The notes under the pieces: generated by a model | What the model was told of the DNA's origin: nothing | The model's database searches: none | What the model saw: only the letters and a program-made list of their open reading frames with translations | In this document: positions 13,248-22,984 of the stretch, one piece after another | How positions within the stretch are numbered: position 1 is the first letter of the stretch | How the letters are laid out: the number at the start of each line of letters is the position of its first letter | Made by a program: the position numbers and the translations under genes | NCBI GenBank assembly: GCA_030704615.1 | Contig: CM060734.1 | Coordinates: 46,500,001-46,564,000, forward strand | Length of the DNA stretch: 64,000 bases | Reading direction: 5' to 3' | Origin: Takakia lepidozioides | Lineage: Eukaryota > Plantae > Bryophyta

Positions 13248-14197
13248 TAGGGTGTATTTACAGTGTCATTGAATGGAATGTTCTGAATGGCGTTGACGAC
13301 ATTCATATCTGGAGCAGTAGTGTGGTCCTGAAAGGTCCTTGGAGTAGTTCTCACAGCCATTTCAATCTATGTTTTATTCTTTCTCTCTACTTGCATCTTA
13401 CTCACTGAGCGCTTTTGTGGGTTGGGATTTATCTCCACGAAATATGTGCTTATGGAAGGAAATCACCTGAGCGGAATTCCCGACTATCTTGACATGTGGT
13501 CGGACCCTGCAAACGATCCAACCATGTATACTGCAGGGATATTGAAGGACTGGAGTCCTTCTCACTTCAGAGACTGTGGGTGGTACCTTGACTGCCCACC
13601 TGAGCACACGACCTTTCAAGAACAGCATATGAAATACTTGAACAATAACGCTGAGATGCTAGCGCCTTTGACTGACGAAGAGTATCAACGAAACATAGCA
13701 ACATTGGCTGCCAAGGAGCCTGATGCTCAGGGAACGCCGCAGAAGGGAAAGAAGGCGGGCCGCAAACCAAAAGACAAGGCTGTTGATGTCATAGCCATCT
13801 CACCAGCAAAGCCAAAGGACAAAGACAAGTCCAAAGAGAAGGAAAAGGACAAGGGGAAGGAGAATGAAAAGGAGATGGAGAGTGGGCAGGACTTTACTGC
13901 TGGAAGATATACCCGCACTCTTCAGTGCGTGTTCGATGCCAAGCCACACCCTTCCCGTTCTGATTCAGCAGGAGAGATGAAAATTGTTAATGAGGGTTGG
14001 CTTTCGATGATGCAGAGTCGAAAGAGAGGATACACTGGGGTGCGATCCCCTACCTGGGACAATATAATCTCATTCCTCAATCTGGTGAGAATTCCAGTTT
14101 CTTTCCTTTTTCTCTGAAAGTTTCGTTGGCAGTATTTCAGTCTCGTTCTTTGAAAACAATCTTGCCATCGTTCTTATAAAAAACATGTCTGTTGCAG

Positions 14198-15306
14198 GTG
14201 AGCACAGGTCCCACCTTCGTGTGCGGTGTGCAGAAAACTTATGCGGCCGACATTGTCATTCTCGACATCCCGGATGGCCAGGCTGTGCCAGAAGTTCTTC
14301 CAAAGGGCAAGACGTCAGGCTGGAACAAATTCGAGGACAACTACTGGAGTTGGGTGTTCGGGTTCTGTAACAATTTCCTCTCTGATGCAGGGACACTTCT
14401 GCTTTTTCAGTCATGTGACAATGATAGTCGTCAGGCATTGGCATCATACCTCAAGTCTTCAGGGTTTGAAGTTTTGCGCACATGGAATTGTGTGAACAGC
14501 CTATACCTTGTGAAAGGGGGTTTCCCTGGTCAGCTGGTATGCCGTCTCCCTTCTGCTTGTGCTTTGATCATGAGTTTCAATTTTCTCTGCAGCTCCACTC
14601 TAGTAGAATGTTTTATGATCGACACCGATCATCACCGATTCATGATTTTTTTGTGTCAGAGTTCTGAATAGCCGATGTACACACTTCCACTATAGATTGT
14701 GTTTACCACACTAACCTGCTATCTTTGCCAGACGAGGATGTTCGAGGCGATCTGCCTGCGGAGGATTCGCACATCAAAGACACCATCCTCCATCCGCAGC
14801 TTTGAGATTTCTGACCAGGGTTGTTTCGTCAACCCCCCCTATGAGCCCCATGTCGATGACATTTTGTACAACTTCATGCAGTCCAGTCAGACTCTGAAGA
14901 GACCAGATGGCACTCCCTGGAGAGGTGCATAGGAAAAGTCACCAGCATTCATGCAAATACTGCTGGAGTCATGCAGCCACCGCTCTGCACGGGTGGTCGA
15001 TCTTTCTGTGTCCACAGGTTCGTTTTTTCCCTTCCGAATTGGTTTCCTTTCAACAGTTTCATCTGCTTAAATCCCCCCCTCCAAACTGTTCATGTTATCC
15101 TGTCTGGTGCAGGAGCAACTTACCACGCATGCAAGGCAGGCGGAAGAAGCCTTTTTGGCATGGAGGGTGATTCTGACCTCTACAACACCGTGCTCCTCCC
15201 CCTTTTGTCTGGCTCCACTTCAGGCACACAGACTGATCGGATTCAAATTCGAAATGATGACGATCCTGAAGATAAGCAGGTCGACAACGACTTTTCATGT
15301 GAGTAA
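14198..15306 (+). other. Beta-class amino (N6A/N4C) DNA methyltransferase domain
   Basis: Motif IV-like ADIVILDIPDG (DIPD at 14264-14275) and motif VI-like NFLSDAGTLLLF. After splicing 15017/15113 the protein reads EKSPAFMQILLESCSHRSARVVDLSVSTGATYHACKAGGRSLFGMEGDSDLY, matching the motif X-I-II pattern KP..L..LI...S....VLDPF.GSGTT..AA...GR...G.E.D..Y. Confidence 0.7.
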
Positions 15307-15819
15307 GTGCTAAACCCTCTTTGGGAGTCATACTCAATTTCTCGATAACATCAAAGTTACAGTACTAACTTTTTCAGGCTGTCTTTTAGGAAAGGCAGCG
15401 GTGGATCTTTAGGAGATACAGTCATTTCTGGCGAGTCTGTTTTCGACAGCCCCCTTTCAAATTTTCTGCTTCCTGTTTATGCCGAAGCAATGGCACTTCA
15501 CGCAGCCGAGTCCCTATCCCCTGACTTTTTGGTGGCCAGCCGTAGGTGTATCCAGCGTGGATCCGGTGTTCTAAAATACTTAGACTTAGATGCAGAGGAA
15601 GAGGGGATACATTGTACTGACTCTGAGTCAGACTGAACTGTATTCTTTTAATATTCATTTTCATATTATCTGGAAAACGTTGAATCCCTTTCCTCCACCG
15701 TAGTTGTTCCTTTAGAACAAATAATAATCACAGAATCAACTTTCGTTTAAATTGTATGAATCCATCTCACAAACCTCCCTGACTCTTCTCATATCCATCT
15801 ACACTGTATTCATGCGTGC

Positions 15820-16110
15820 TCCATTCATGAAAGCTTCCTTTGTACAACATCCATTGTACATTCATCCTCTGTACTCTTTAATCCACCCCACAAACCTTCC
15901 ACACTCATTTCATATACGTTGTGCATTCGTCAAAAGATTTGGTCATGCATCTTCCTGTCATGAATTTTTGTCATTGCTCAACATCCATTATACATTCATC
16001 CATTATACATTCATCCATTTTACTCTTATCCATCCGTCATTCATCCATCTACATACATTTTTCACACTCATCCATCTGTTTATCATCCAACTGTACATTC
16101 ATCCATCCTT
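15820..16110. repeat. TTCATCC(A)-rich subterminal repeat tract
   Basis: Multiple CATTCATCCAT / TTCATCC copies. Confidence 0.7.
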
Positions 16111-16322
16111 TATTCAATGCCTTTTATTATGTCGTCCAGCTTGTTTCCGCGGTAAAGGGTGCCAATCCGCGGGAATACACTCCACTTCTTTCTGGGCGCG
16201 TGGTGACGCGGCCTTCACGTGTGATGACGTGGACTGAGCCCTGTGACGTGGCATTTGCGCAAGGTGACGTGGCGTGAGCGCAGTTGCGCTCACGTGACCA
16301 GGCTCACGCCGAGGCATCCCTG

Positions 16323-16547
16323 ACCCCTACATAAGCACACTCAGACTCTAAGCATGAAGGAGCTCGGTCACGCAGGCTCAACTCGAGAGAGATGAGCCGC
16401 GCGACTTCCGCTCTCGTGAAGATAAGACGGACCAGGTGTCAAACTAAACTTGACACCTGATTTAACACTTGACCTAAATCCAAGTGTTAAATACAAACAA
16501 CTAGTTTTATTCTAGCTGTTTTCACACTGTGCTTATTTAACTTGACA
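16323..16547 (-). repeat. Truncated 3' LTR of DNMT-gypsy (interrupted by the MULE)
   Basis: Matches 26993-27217 with few mismatches; identity stops abruptly at 16323. Confidence 0.85.
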
Positions 16548-16893
16548 GCTGTCGTGCGCATACATATCGCTACACAACTACATCGTTGTCCAAACCACAC
16601 CACACATATATGCACAATAAAGTAGTCTGCCACAATCGCCCCCCTAGCTGGTGAATAGGTCCCTCTACCGCCAGATAGCTACAAGATGGAATAGCCACAT
16701 CCGTACTAAGTCCTCTATCACTGTCCCTATTGTACTCAAACTCTATAGACCAAGGGGCCGGGTACAAGAGTAGCCCCATCGTTAGTCGCCGTCTTGCAAT
16801 CTGTGAACTTGAGCCAGGATCTTGTGTGTCAAGGTCTCCTAGTAGCTGGGCCTTGCGTTTCTTGTTAGCCTTCCATGGTTGTATCCACTCCCA

Positions 16894-18621
16894 CTATCCA
16901 ATGCAATGTGGACATAACCAATCCCCATCTGGAACCGTCTCAAGAGGTGGAGTCAAGCATCCCATATGCCAACCTCTAGAGCATCGATCGCACACCAGCA
17001 TGGTGGCTGCCCCTTTAGCAGACCCACACAACATGCACCTCAAACCTGCAGATACCACTGCCAGGTTTGGGTCAATCCTGCCATCGACATTCGGAAGGTG
17101 ACATGGCGCACAATTACGCACATGGTCCTTCCAAGTTATGCCATCCCGACCCTCCAAGACCAAGACGCCTGAGGGCAAGACCTCTCGAACCCTCAAAATA
17201 ACACGTCCTGCAGTCACATCCAGGGTCGTAGGAGCAGTCTGCTGCAGATAGACATAGTCACCAGGGTTGAATCTCCAAACCCCAGGACAATAGCCCCCAC
17301 CACGTATGGTAGCATACCTCAACGTATCACGGTGTTGTGCAATGGCAAGGTTCTCGAAAGCCATGGGCATGACTCTCTTGAACAACTCTGCACGCTGCTC
17401 ACATGCACGTGCCCACACTTCCGGATCGTCAAGGTTAAGAACTGTAGCAGCTTCTCTGCGAATGGATGTAGGCAAATCCGGCTCTCGGCCAAAGAGAAGA
17501 AAGTATGGTGAGAAGGAGGCAAGTGATGCTTGCTTGCTGAACCTGTAGCCCATGGCTAACCAGGGTAACTGAAGGTCCCAATCACCTAGGTGTCCCTTCT
17601 GCAAGCCATACTTGCGCAAATCCCTCTTTACTGTCTGAACAACTTTCTCTGCCAAGCCATCGGCCTCAGGATGATCCCGAGAAGTGGTGCGGTGGTCTAT
17701 CAAGGCCTTGTCACACAAAGCCTGAAACTCCCCCAAGAACTCTCTCCCTTGGTCCGTGAGTACCTCAGCTGGAGCACCGAATCGGCTAAGTACACAATCC
17801 AAGAATGCATACGCAGCTCCCTCACTAGCCTTATCAGGCAATGGAACCAATTCAATCCACTTGGAGAAGTGCTCCACCATCACCAACACGTACTTGTTGT
17901 GGCGCATGGTCAGTGGCAACGGCCCTGCGAAGTCAAGACTCCACCTGTAGCCCAATCCCATGATCGGAAGAGGGTGCAATTGTGGAGTAGGGGCGTTGAA
18001 TGAAGCACGCACCCTGTCACACACCATGCACCTAGCTACAAATTGTTGCACCTCTGTGTGCATACCACGCCACCAATACTGCTCCTGCAGTAGACTATGA
18101 GTGCGTCGCACCCCAAAATGCCCCAACTCCTCATGGGCATGCCGCACTAACCGTGCCCGCTGTGTTGGGTGAGGCACAATCCTCACTCGACCATCCTCCC
18201 ACACTCGGAGCAGGTGTGTCCCCTCCCACTTGAACCTCTTGGCTCGTTGTAGGATCCGATCCCTCTCCTTGGCAGTCACAGTGGCTGCCGTGTCTCCAGT
18301 GCGGAGGTAGTCCAACACAACTGAATCCTCATGTATATCTTTGGCGCCACCTTGCTCATTGTTGGCCTCAGGGTCCTCAGACACTTGATCTATAGTCATC
18401 CCTGTTGCAGGTCCAACCTGGCCTTCCGTTGCCAAGACACACAGAAATGCAGATGCATGCCATCCAGGCACCATCTCCTCGTCCGTCTCACCATGCCACC
18501 GAGCTCTAGTGTCATCCTGCTGGCTCGTGCATGGATTGCGACTCAACCCATCTGCATTGCGATTCCGGTCGATGCACCACCTGAAAGTCATACTCTTGAA
18601 GGATGAGTGCCCACCGTGCAA
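16894..18621 (-). CDS. Integrase with C-terminal PHD finger (part of the disrupted pol)
   Basis: HEELGH..CMVC, WSLDFAGP, LTDQGREF, HPEADGLAE. C4HC3 PHD CMLC..LVCDRCSRGWHMGCLTPPL..VPDGDWLCPHC at 16897-17037. Confidence 0.92.
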   Translation of the reverse strand: MHGGHSSFKSMTFRWCIDRNRNADGLSRNPCTSQQDDTRARWHGETDEEMVPGWHASAFLCVLATEGQVGPATGMTIDQVSEDPEANNEQGGAKDIHEDSVVLDYLRTGDTAATVTAKERDRILQRAKRFKWEGTHLLRVWEDGRVRIVPHPTQRARLVRHAHEELGHFGVRRTHSLLQEQYWWRGMHTEVQQFVARCMVCDRVRASFNAPTPQLHPLPIMGLGYRWSLDFAGPLPLTMRHNKYVLVMVEHFSKWIELVPLPDKASEGAAYAFLDCVLSRFGAPAEVLTDQGREFLGEFQALCDKALIDHRTTSRDHPEADGLAEKVVQTVKRDLRKYGLQKGHLGDWDLQLPWLAMGYRFSKQASLASFSPYFLLFGREPDLPTSIRREAATVLNLDDPEVWARACEQRAELFKRVMPMAFENLAIAQHRDTLRYATIRGGGYCPGVWRFNPGDYVYLQQTAPTTLDVTAGRVILRVREVLPSGVLVLEGRDGITWKDHVRNCAPCHLPNVDGRIDPNLAVVSAGLRCMLCGSAKGAATMLVCDRCSRGWHMGCLTPPLETVPDGDWLCPHCIG

Positions 18622-19859
18622 GCTTCCCCGTAAGCTTGTCTGACTCCATCAACCACTTGAGTGGTTGGTGATCCGTGACAAGGGTGAAGAGATTGCCGTA
18701 TAGATAGCACCTGAAGTATGTCACGGCCCACACTGCAGCTAAGCATTCTTCCTCATATGAGCTATACTTAGACTCTGCAGCATTATTCGAGTGGCTAGCA
18801 TAAGCCACTACGAACTCTCTTCCCTCATCATCCACCTGTGTGAGCACCGCTCCAAGCCCCAGCATGCTCCAATCTATATGCAGCTGAAAAGGACGCCCCC
18901 TGATAGGTCGTCTCAAGATGGGCGCCGAGGTCAACCTTGCCTTGAGCTCTTGAAAAGCTTGTTCTTGCTCATCTTCCCACTGCCACTCCTGGTCCACCTT
19001 GGTCAGCTTGGTTAGAGCCTTTGCAATGGCACTAAACCCTTAACAAACCGTCTATAATAGTTTGCTAACCCCATGAAAGCTCGAACTCGGCTCACATCCG
19101 TGGGGCGTGGAACCTGTGCAATGGACTCTACCTTAGTCTGTTGTACCCCCAATCCTCCAGGATATATCATGTGACCCAGATACTCAATCTGGTTGTGGAA
19201 AAACTTGCACTTGCCCGGATGTAACTTCAATCCGTGCATCCTCAAGCGCTCAAATACCCCCTGAAGGTGTCTCTCATGCTCCTCCACCGTAGCACTAAAG
19301 ATGATGATGTCATCTATGTAGCACCGAGCAAACTCCACCCTGCTAGAATCCTGTCCATGACTCTTTGAAACTCAGCGGGAGCGTTTTTAAGCCCAAATGG
19401 TAAGAACCGACACTGGTATAGGCAATCCTTCCCGTGCTCATTGATCCCCCAGAATGCCGTCTTTTGCTTATCCGCCTCCTTGATCGGCAACTAGTGATAT
19501 CCGGATCGTAAATCCAACGTGCTAAAGACCTTGGAATGCCCAATGGCATCAAAGATCTCCTCTGGTGTCGGCATGGCATACCTATCAGACTTGGTCTGAC
19601 GATTTACAGGCCGGTAATCACCGCACATACGTCTCTCCGTCCAATTGCCATAGACATCCTTCTTGGCTGACATCACTGTGGCTGAAGCATACTCTCCACC
19701 AGAGAGCTCCACCAAACCTGCCTCCCAGAGATCTTGAGTCCTCATCTGAATCAAAGACCTCTCCATGTCACTGTATCTATAGGGTCTCCGAAAGATTGGC
19801 GTGTCAGTGGCCAACTCAATACGGATCTCTTGACCCTTCAGTGCTCCCAAGTCCTTCAA
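18512..19859 (-). pseudogene. RT and RNase H of DNMT-gypsy, broken by a stop and frameshifts
   Basis: RMCGDYRPVN, FSTLDLRSGYH*, YIDDIII, FQLHIDWS, TDHQPLKWL. Confidence 0.92.
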
Positions 19860-20194
19860 ACTGAAGGCAAAGCAATTCCTGTAAGCCCTCAGGAACCGCC
19901 GTATACGTCGTCTCTCTCCTCCGGTGACAATGGGTCCAATGTCAGGCTCCCAATTGTCCTCCGTAACTGCAACCTTAAGTCCAGTGGGCTTAGGGTAGAG
20001 GACGCGTCCCGTGGTTGCTATGCTGCAACCTCTTGAGCAGTACTTCCTTCCTGCTCAGTCAATGACAAGGCCTCATCCTGCCCCATCATCTCATCATTGA
20101 GAACCTCCTCATCCCGAGAAGAATCCCCAACCTCATCCATCAGAGTTGCTTTGGCTGCCAACTCCCTCTGAACCTCGAGCACCTCCCACGTGTG

Positions 20195-22984
20195 TCATGG
20201 ATGTCTACACCCCGTGGTCCTCACCGACTCGCCCCCACTCGCTGCCTGTACCGTCTCGGTAGGCAGAGAGACCGTCAAGGGAAGTGCACTCCGCACTCTA
20301 CGTTGCTCAGCCATAGCCAAGCTGATAATCCAGGTCAAGCAATTGAGATCCATTGCTTGCCCCAACACCTGACGACGTGATGCCTCAGAAAGAGAAGGCA
20401 CCGCCGTGGTCCCAGTGGAAAACCCCATAGCCCGCTCTCGCTCGTCGGCATTAGGCTCCACTAACTGCTGCAACTGAGCATCCCACAGGAGGCCAGGTCC
20501 ACCATCCCGAAAAGCATGGGATCCTGGGAAGCTGAGCAGTGTAGGTAATGCTGCTCGTGGTTGACCCACCCTGTTGACCACTACCAAAGGCGAACGGTCA
20601 TCGTGTCTCACGCGTTGAGACTGCCTCCCTGTGTCCAAAATGCCATCCACGGTGAGGTGGGCTGACCGCTGCACCCCATCAAATGCACGCTTGAGCAGTG
20701 CGGCTGGCATCAAGTTAGTCCACCAAAGCCGTGGACGATGAGCCCGTGATCCCACTGCAGCTGCATCCAGCAGCACTGCTGACCCAAGCCACGACCGGAC
20801 TTGATGCACACTGGCCATCACCCTGGCCCGAGAATCACCCATCAGTGGCACATTCTCCAAGATGTATGCTGGAGATACAGCTTGATGAAGCTGCAAGTGG
20901 CGCAAAACCCGCACCATCTCCCAAAACAGACCCGTCCTCGAGTCTCGCAATCCATTGCCATGCCCGGCTGATGAATGCCCTTGGCAGGGCCAACCTGCCA
21001 CTATCAGATGAATGGAGCCAACCTGCTCCAAATCTTGCGCCCCCAACAAGGAAATGTCTGTTGGCAAGGCTTGTTGGTATCCACGAACTGCAGACACAGG
21101 CAACAAGTCAGGGTACTGCTGTACCAACTGAGCCACATGGCGCAGTGAGACGCGTCGTGCAGTCTCATCCCTCTCCACATACAGGTAATGCCTTACCCGC
21201 ACACCTGCCTGTAGCACAGCAGCCAATCCGGTGCTGATCCCGCCAAACAAGTCCAGAAGGCAAATGCCTTTATCCGGATACTGCCACACAATAGGTGTGG
21301 TATCCAATGGTGACAACTGGGGTGGTCCTGGTGCAATACCCGCACTCTCCTCCTCTCCTGACGGTACAAAAGCCTCTACCCAGGCTTGTTGCACCCGTCG
21401 ATCAGCAACCTGCTGCAAATCCTTGCTCGTACCCCACAATGGAGTGTGAGCAACCATGACAGGTAACTCCGCCATACCATGCATGTCATCATGCTCTGCT
21501 GGAGGTGGCACATCCTCTGCATGGGCATTGCCTTCCAGCAACTCTCTAGGCCAACTAACTGCAGCTGTAAAGGCGGCTAGTGTTGGCATCTTGCCCCGCT
21601 GGGCAGCCGCTATTCCCCCAATGAATGTCACAGGGAGCTGTGCACGGCAACCATCGTCTGACTGCCATCCAGGCCTGTAGGATGCTGACTCCTCCCAAAA
21701 GTCCAGGGTGAAGCCCATGGGATATAACACTGCCCCACCAACGAGGACATCGTAAGAGATCGCGTCTGTCACAATGGCCTTGGCTCGCATCACTGAGCCA
21801 TCTCTAGGATGATCCGGCTGCAGTCTAATGGCCAACTGATGCCGTGTCATGCCCCGAGCCTGCTCTGATCCTCCCAGAGATGTCTGTATCTGGAAAGGAC
21901 AAGGCTCCATATCCGCCTCCATGAGGCCCAAACCTGCAATAGCAGCTCTGCCCAACATCAGTGGCTGAGCTCCCGAGTCCAACAAGACCCGCAGTGGCCG
22001 GTACTTCTTGCCTGCCGGTCCACTCAAAGAGAAAATACCATCGTGGTTGTCTAACAAGACAACTCCAGGTATCACCATGGCGCGCTCAAAGGCTGGCCTA
22101 GCTGGCAGCTCCGTCAACCTGGCAGCTACAGCTTGCCATGGCGCAGCCGTGGCAGTCTTGACCCTCAAATCCGATGATCCCTCTGCCACTACACCTTCCA
22201 GTAACTCCGCAGAAGATGAAATGACCTCCCCACTCTCACAGAGTGTTGCTGCTAGTCTGAACACTGCAGCTGGTCTTACCCCCGGCGTCGCAATCATGGT
22301 TGCCGAGAATAGTGGGGCTTGACACACAGAGGTGGCTGCCCCCAACAACACACCGGCTGCACTAGCCTTGGCAGCAGGTGTCAGTGCTGCACGTGTAGCT
22401 CTCCCCAATGGCATAGAAACCTCCGCCTCGGTAACAGTCGGACGAGAACTAGGTGCCATGGATGGCATTGACACTGTCTCCGCCAAGGTGAATGACTGAG
22501 GCAGCCTCGCCTGACGGCTTGCCTCCCCACGTTGTGGATCCAACTCCACTTCTGCACCTCGTGGCTCAGGAACTTGTGCTGCTCCTCGAGTCACGGCTGC
22601 AGCAGACTCCACTTGCTCTAGTGGTAGTGCTGCTCCGCACATGAATCCCATGCCTCCCATATCTCCTCCCTCAGGAGCAGGAGGTGGACCATCCCGCCTG
22701 GGAGCCGGTACCGCCTGAGCTATAGCCATGGCAGCGAGCCTCTGCTCTAGTTGCTGAAGCCGATTGGCCATGCCTTGGTCAACACCCTGACCTCCGCGTC
22801 CTTGGCCATGTGGAGCTTGCCCTTGGCCTGCACCTCGTGCCCGACCACCTCGTCCTCTTTGGGCTGGTCCACCTCGCCCCCGGCCACCATTGTTCCCTTG
22901 GAACTGGCCTGGGCGCAACTCAGGATGCAAGTCATAACACTGGGCATCCCCATGCCCATACTTGCCACAATGCCTACACTGCAA
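20195..22984 (-). CDS. Gag C-terminus, aspartic protease and DNMT3-like C5 DNA methyltransferase (polyprotein segment)
   Basis: Zinc knuckle CRHCGKYGH..C; protease VLLDSGA (about 21970-21988). DNMT motifs: I LDLFGGI, II YVERD, IV AGWPCQG (PCQ at 20981-20989), VI YILENV, VIII AHRPRLWWTN, IX ERERAMGF, X RRQVLGQA. Confidence 0.92.
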   Translation of the reverse strand: MQCRHCGKYGHGDAQCYDLHPELRPGQFQGNNGGRGRGGPAQRGRGGRARGAGQGQAPHGQGRGGQGVDQGMANRLQQLEQRLAAMAIAQAVPAPRRDGPPPAPEGGDMGGMGFMCGAALPLEQVESAAAVTRGAAQVPEPRGAEVELDPQRGEASRQARLPQSFTLAETVSMPSMAPSSRPTVTEAEVSMPLGRATRAALTPAAKASAAGVLLGAATSVCQAPLFSATMIATPGVRPAAVFRLAATLCESGEVISSSAELLEGVVAEGSSDLRVKTATAAPWQAVAARLTELPARPAFERAMVIPGVVLLDNHDGIFSLSGPAGKKYRPLRVLLDSGAQPLMLGRAAIAGLGLMEADMEPCPFQIQTSLGGSEQARGMTRHQLAIRLQPDHPRDGSVMRAKAIVTDAISYDVLVGGAVLYPMGFTLDFWEESASYRPGWQSDDGCRAQLPVTFIGGIAAAQRGKMPTLAAFTAAVSWPRELLEGNAHAEDVPPPAEHDDMHGMAELPVMVAHTPLWGTSKDLQQVADRRVQQAWVEAFVPSGEEESAGIAPGPPQLSPLDTTPIVWQYPDKGICLLDLFGGISTGLAAVLQAGVRVRHYLYVERDETARRVSLRHVAQLVQQYPDLLPVSAVRGYQQALPTDISLLGAQDLEQVGSIHLIVAGWPCQGHSSAGHGNGLRDSRTGLFWEMVRVLRHLQLHQAVSPAYILENVPLMGDSRARVMASVHQVRSWLGSAVLLDAAAVGSRAHRPRLWWTNLMPAALLKRAFDGVQRSAHLTVDGILDTGRQSQRVRHDDRSPLVVVNRVGQPRAALPTLLSFPGSHAFRDGGPGLLWDAQLQQLVEPNADERERAMGFSTGTTAVPSLSEASRRQVLGQAMDLNCLTWIISLAMAEQRRVRSALPLTVSLPTETVQAASGGESVRTTGCRHP

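Larger units (their letters stand above)
3058..15306 (+). pseudogene. Multi-exon transposon cargo gene: ParB/Srx-like domain plus beta-class N6A/N4C DNA methyltransferase (one frameshift, one premature stop)
   Basis: Exons about 3058-3345, ~3812-4416, 4511-4700, 4785-5221, 5306-5494, ~13396-14084, 14198-14536, 14732-15017, 15113-15306. GT-AG phases are consistent where both ends are clear; the starts of exon 2 and exon 6 are uncertain. Frameshift at about 4895 in an A-run; in-frame TAG at 14930-14932. Confidence 0.7.
1..16322. mobile_element. Large Mutator/MULE-type DNA transposon; left end lies outside the window, right end about 16322
   Basis: Contains a MULE transposase (-) and a divergent second gene (+). 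TTCATCC subterminal repeats lie at about 15820-16110. The GC-rich end ...GAGGCATCCCTG abuts a point in the middle of an LTR copy (compare 26993). That both genes belong to one element is inferred, because the left terminus is not visible. Confidence 0.65.

Noticed and set aside
15752-16237. His/Ile-rich 161-aa ORF
   Set aside because: It is a translation of the TTCATCC repeat tract.
16273-16323. Helitron 3' end (hairpin plus CTRR)
   Set aside because: It is not followed by T, there is no Rep/helicase, and the linked transposase is MULE-type.
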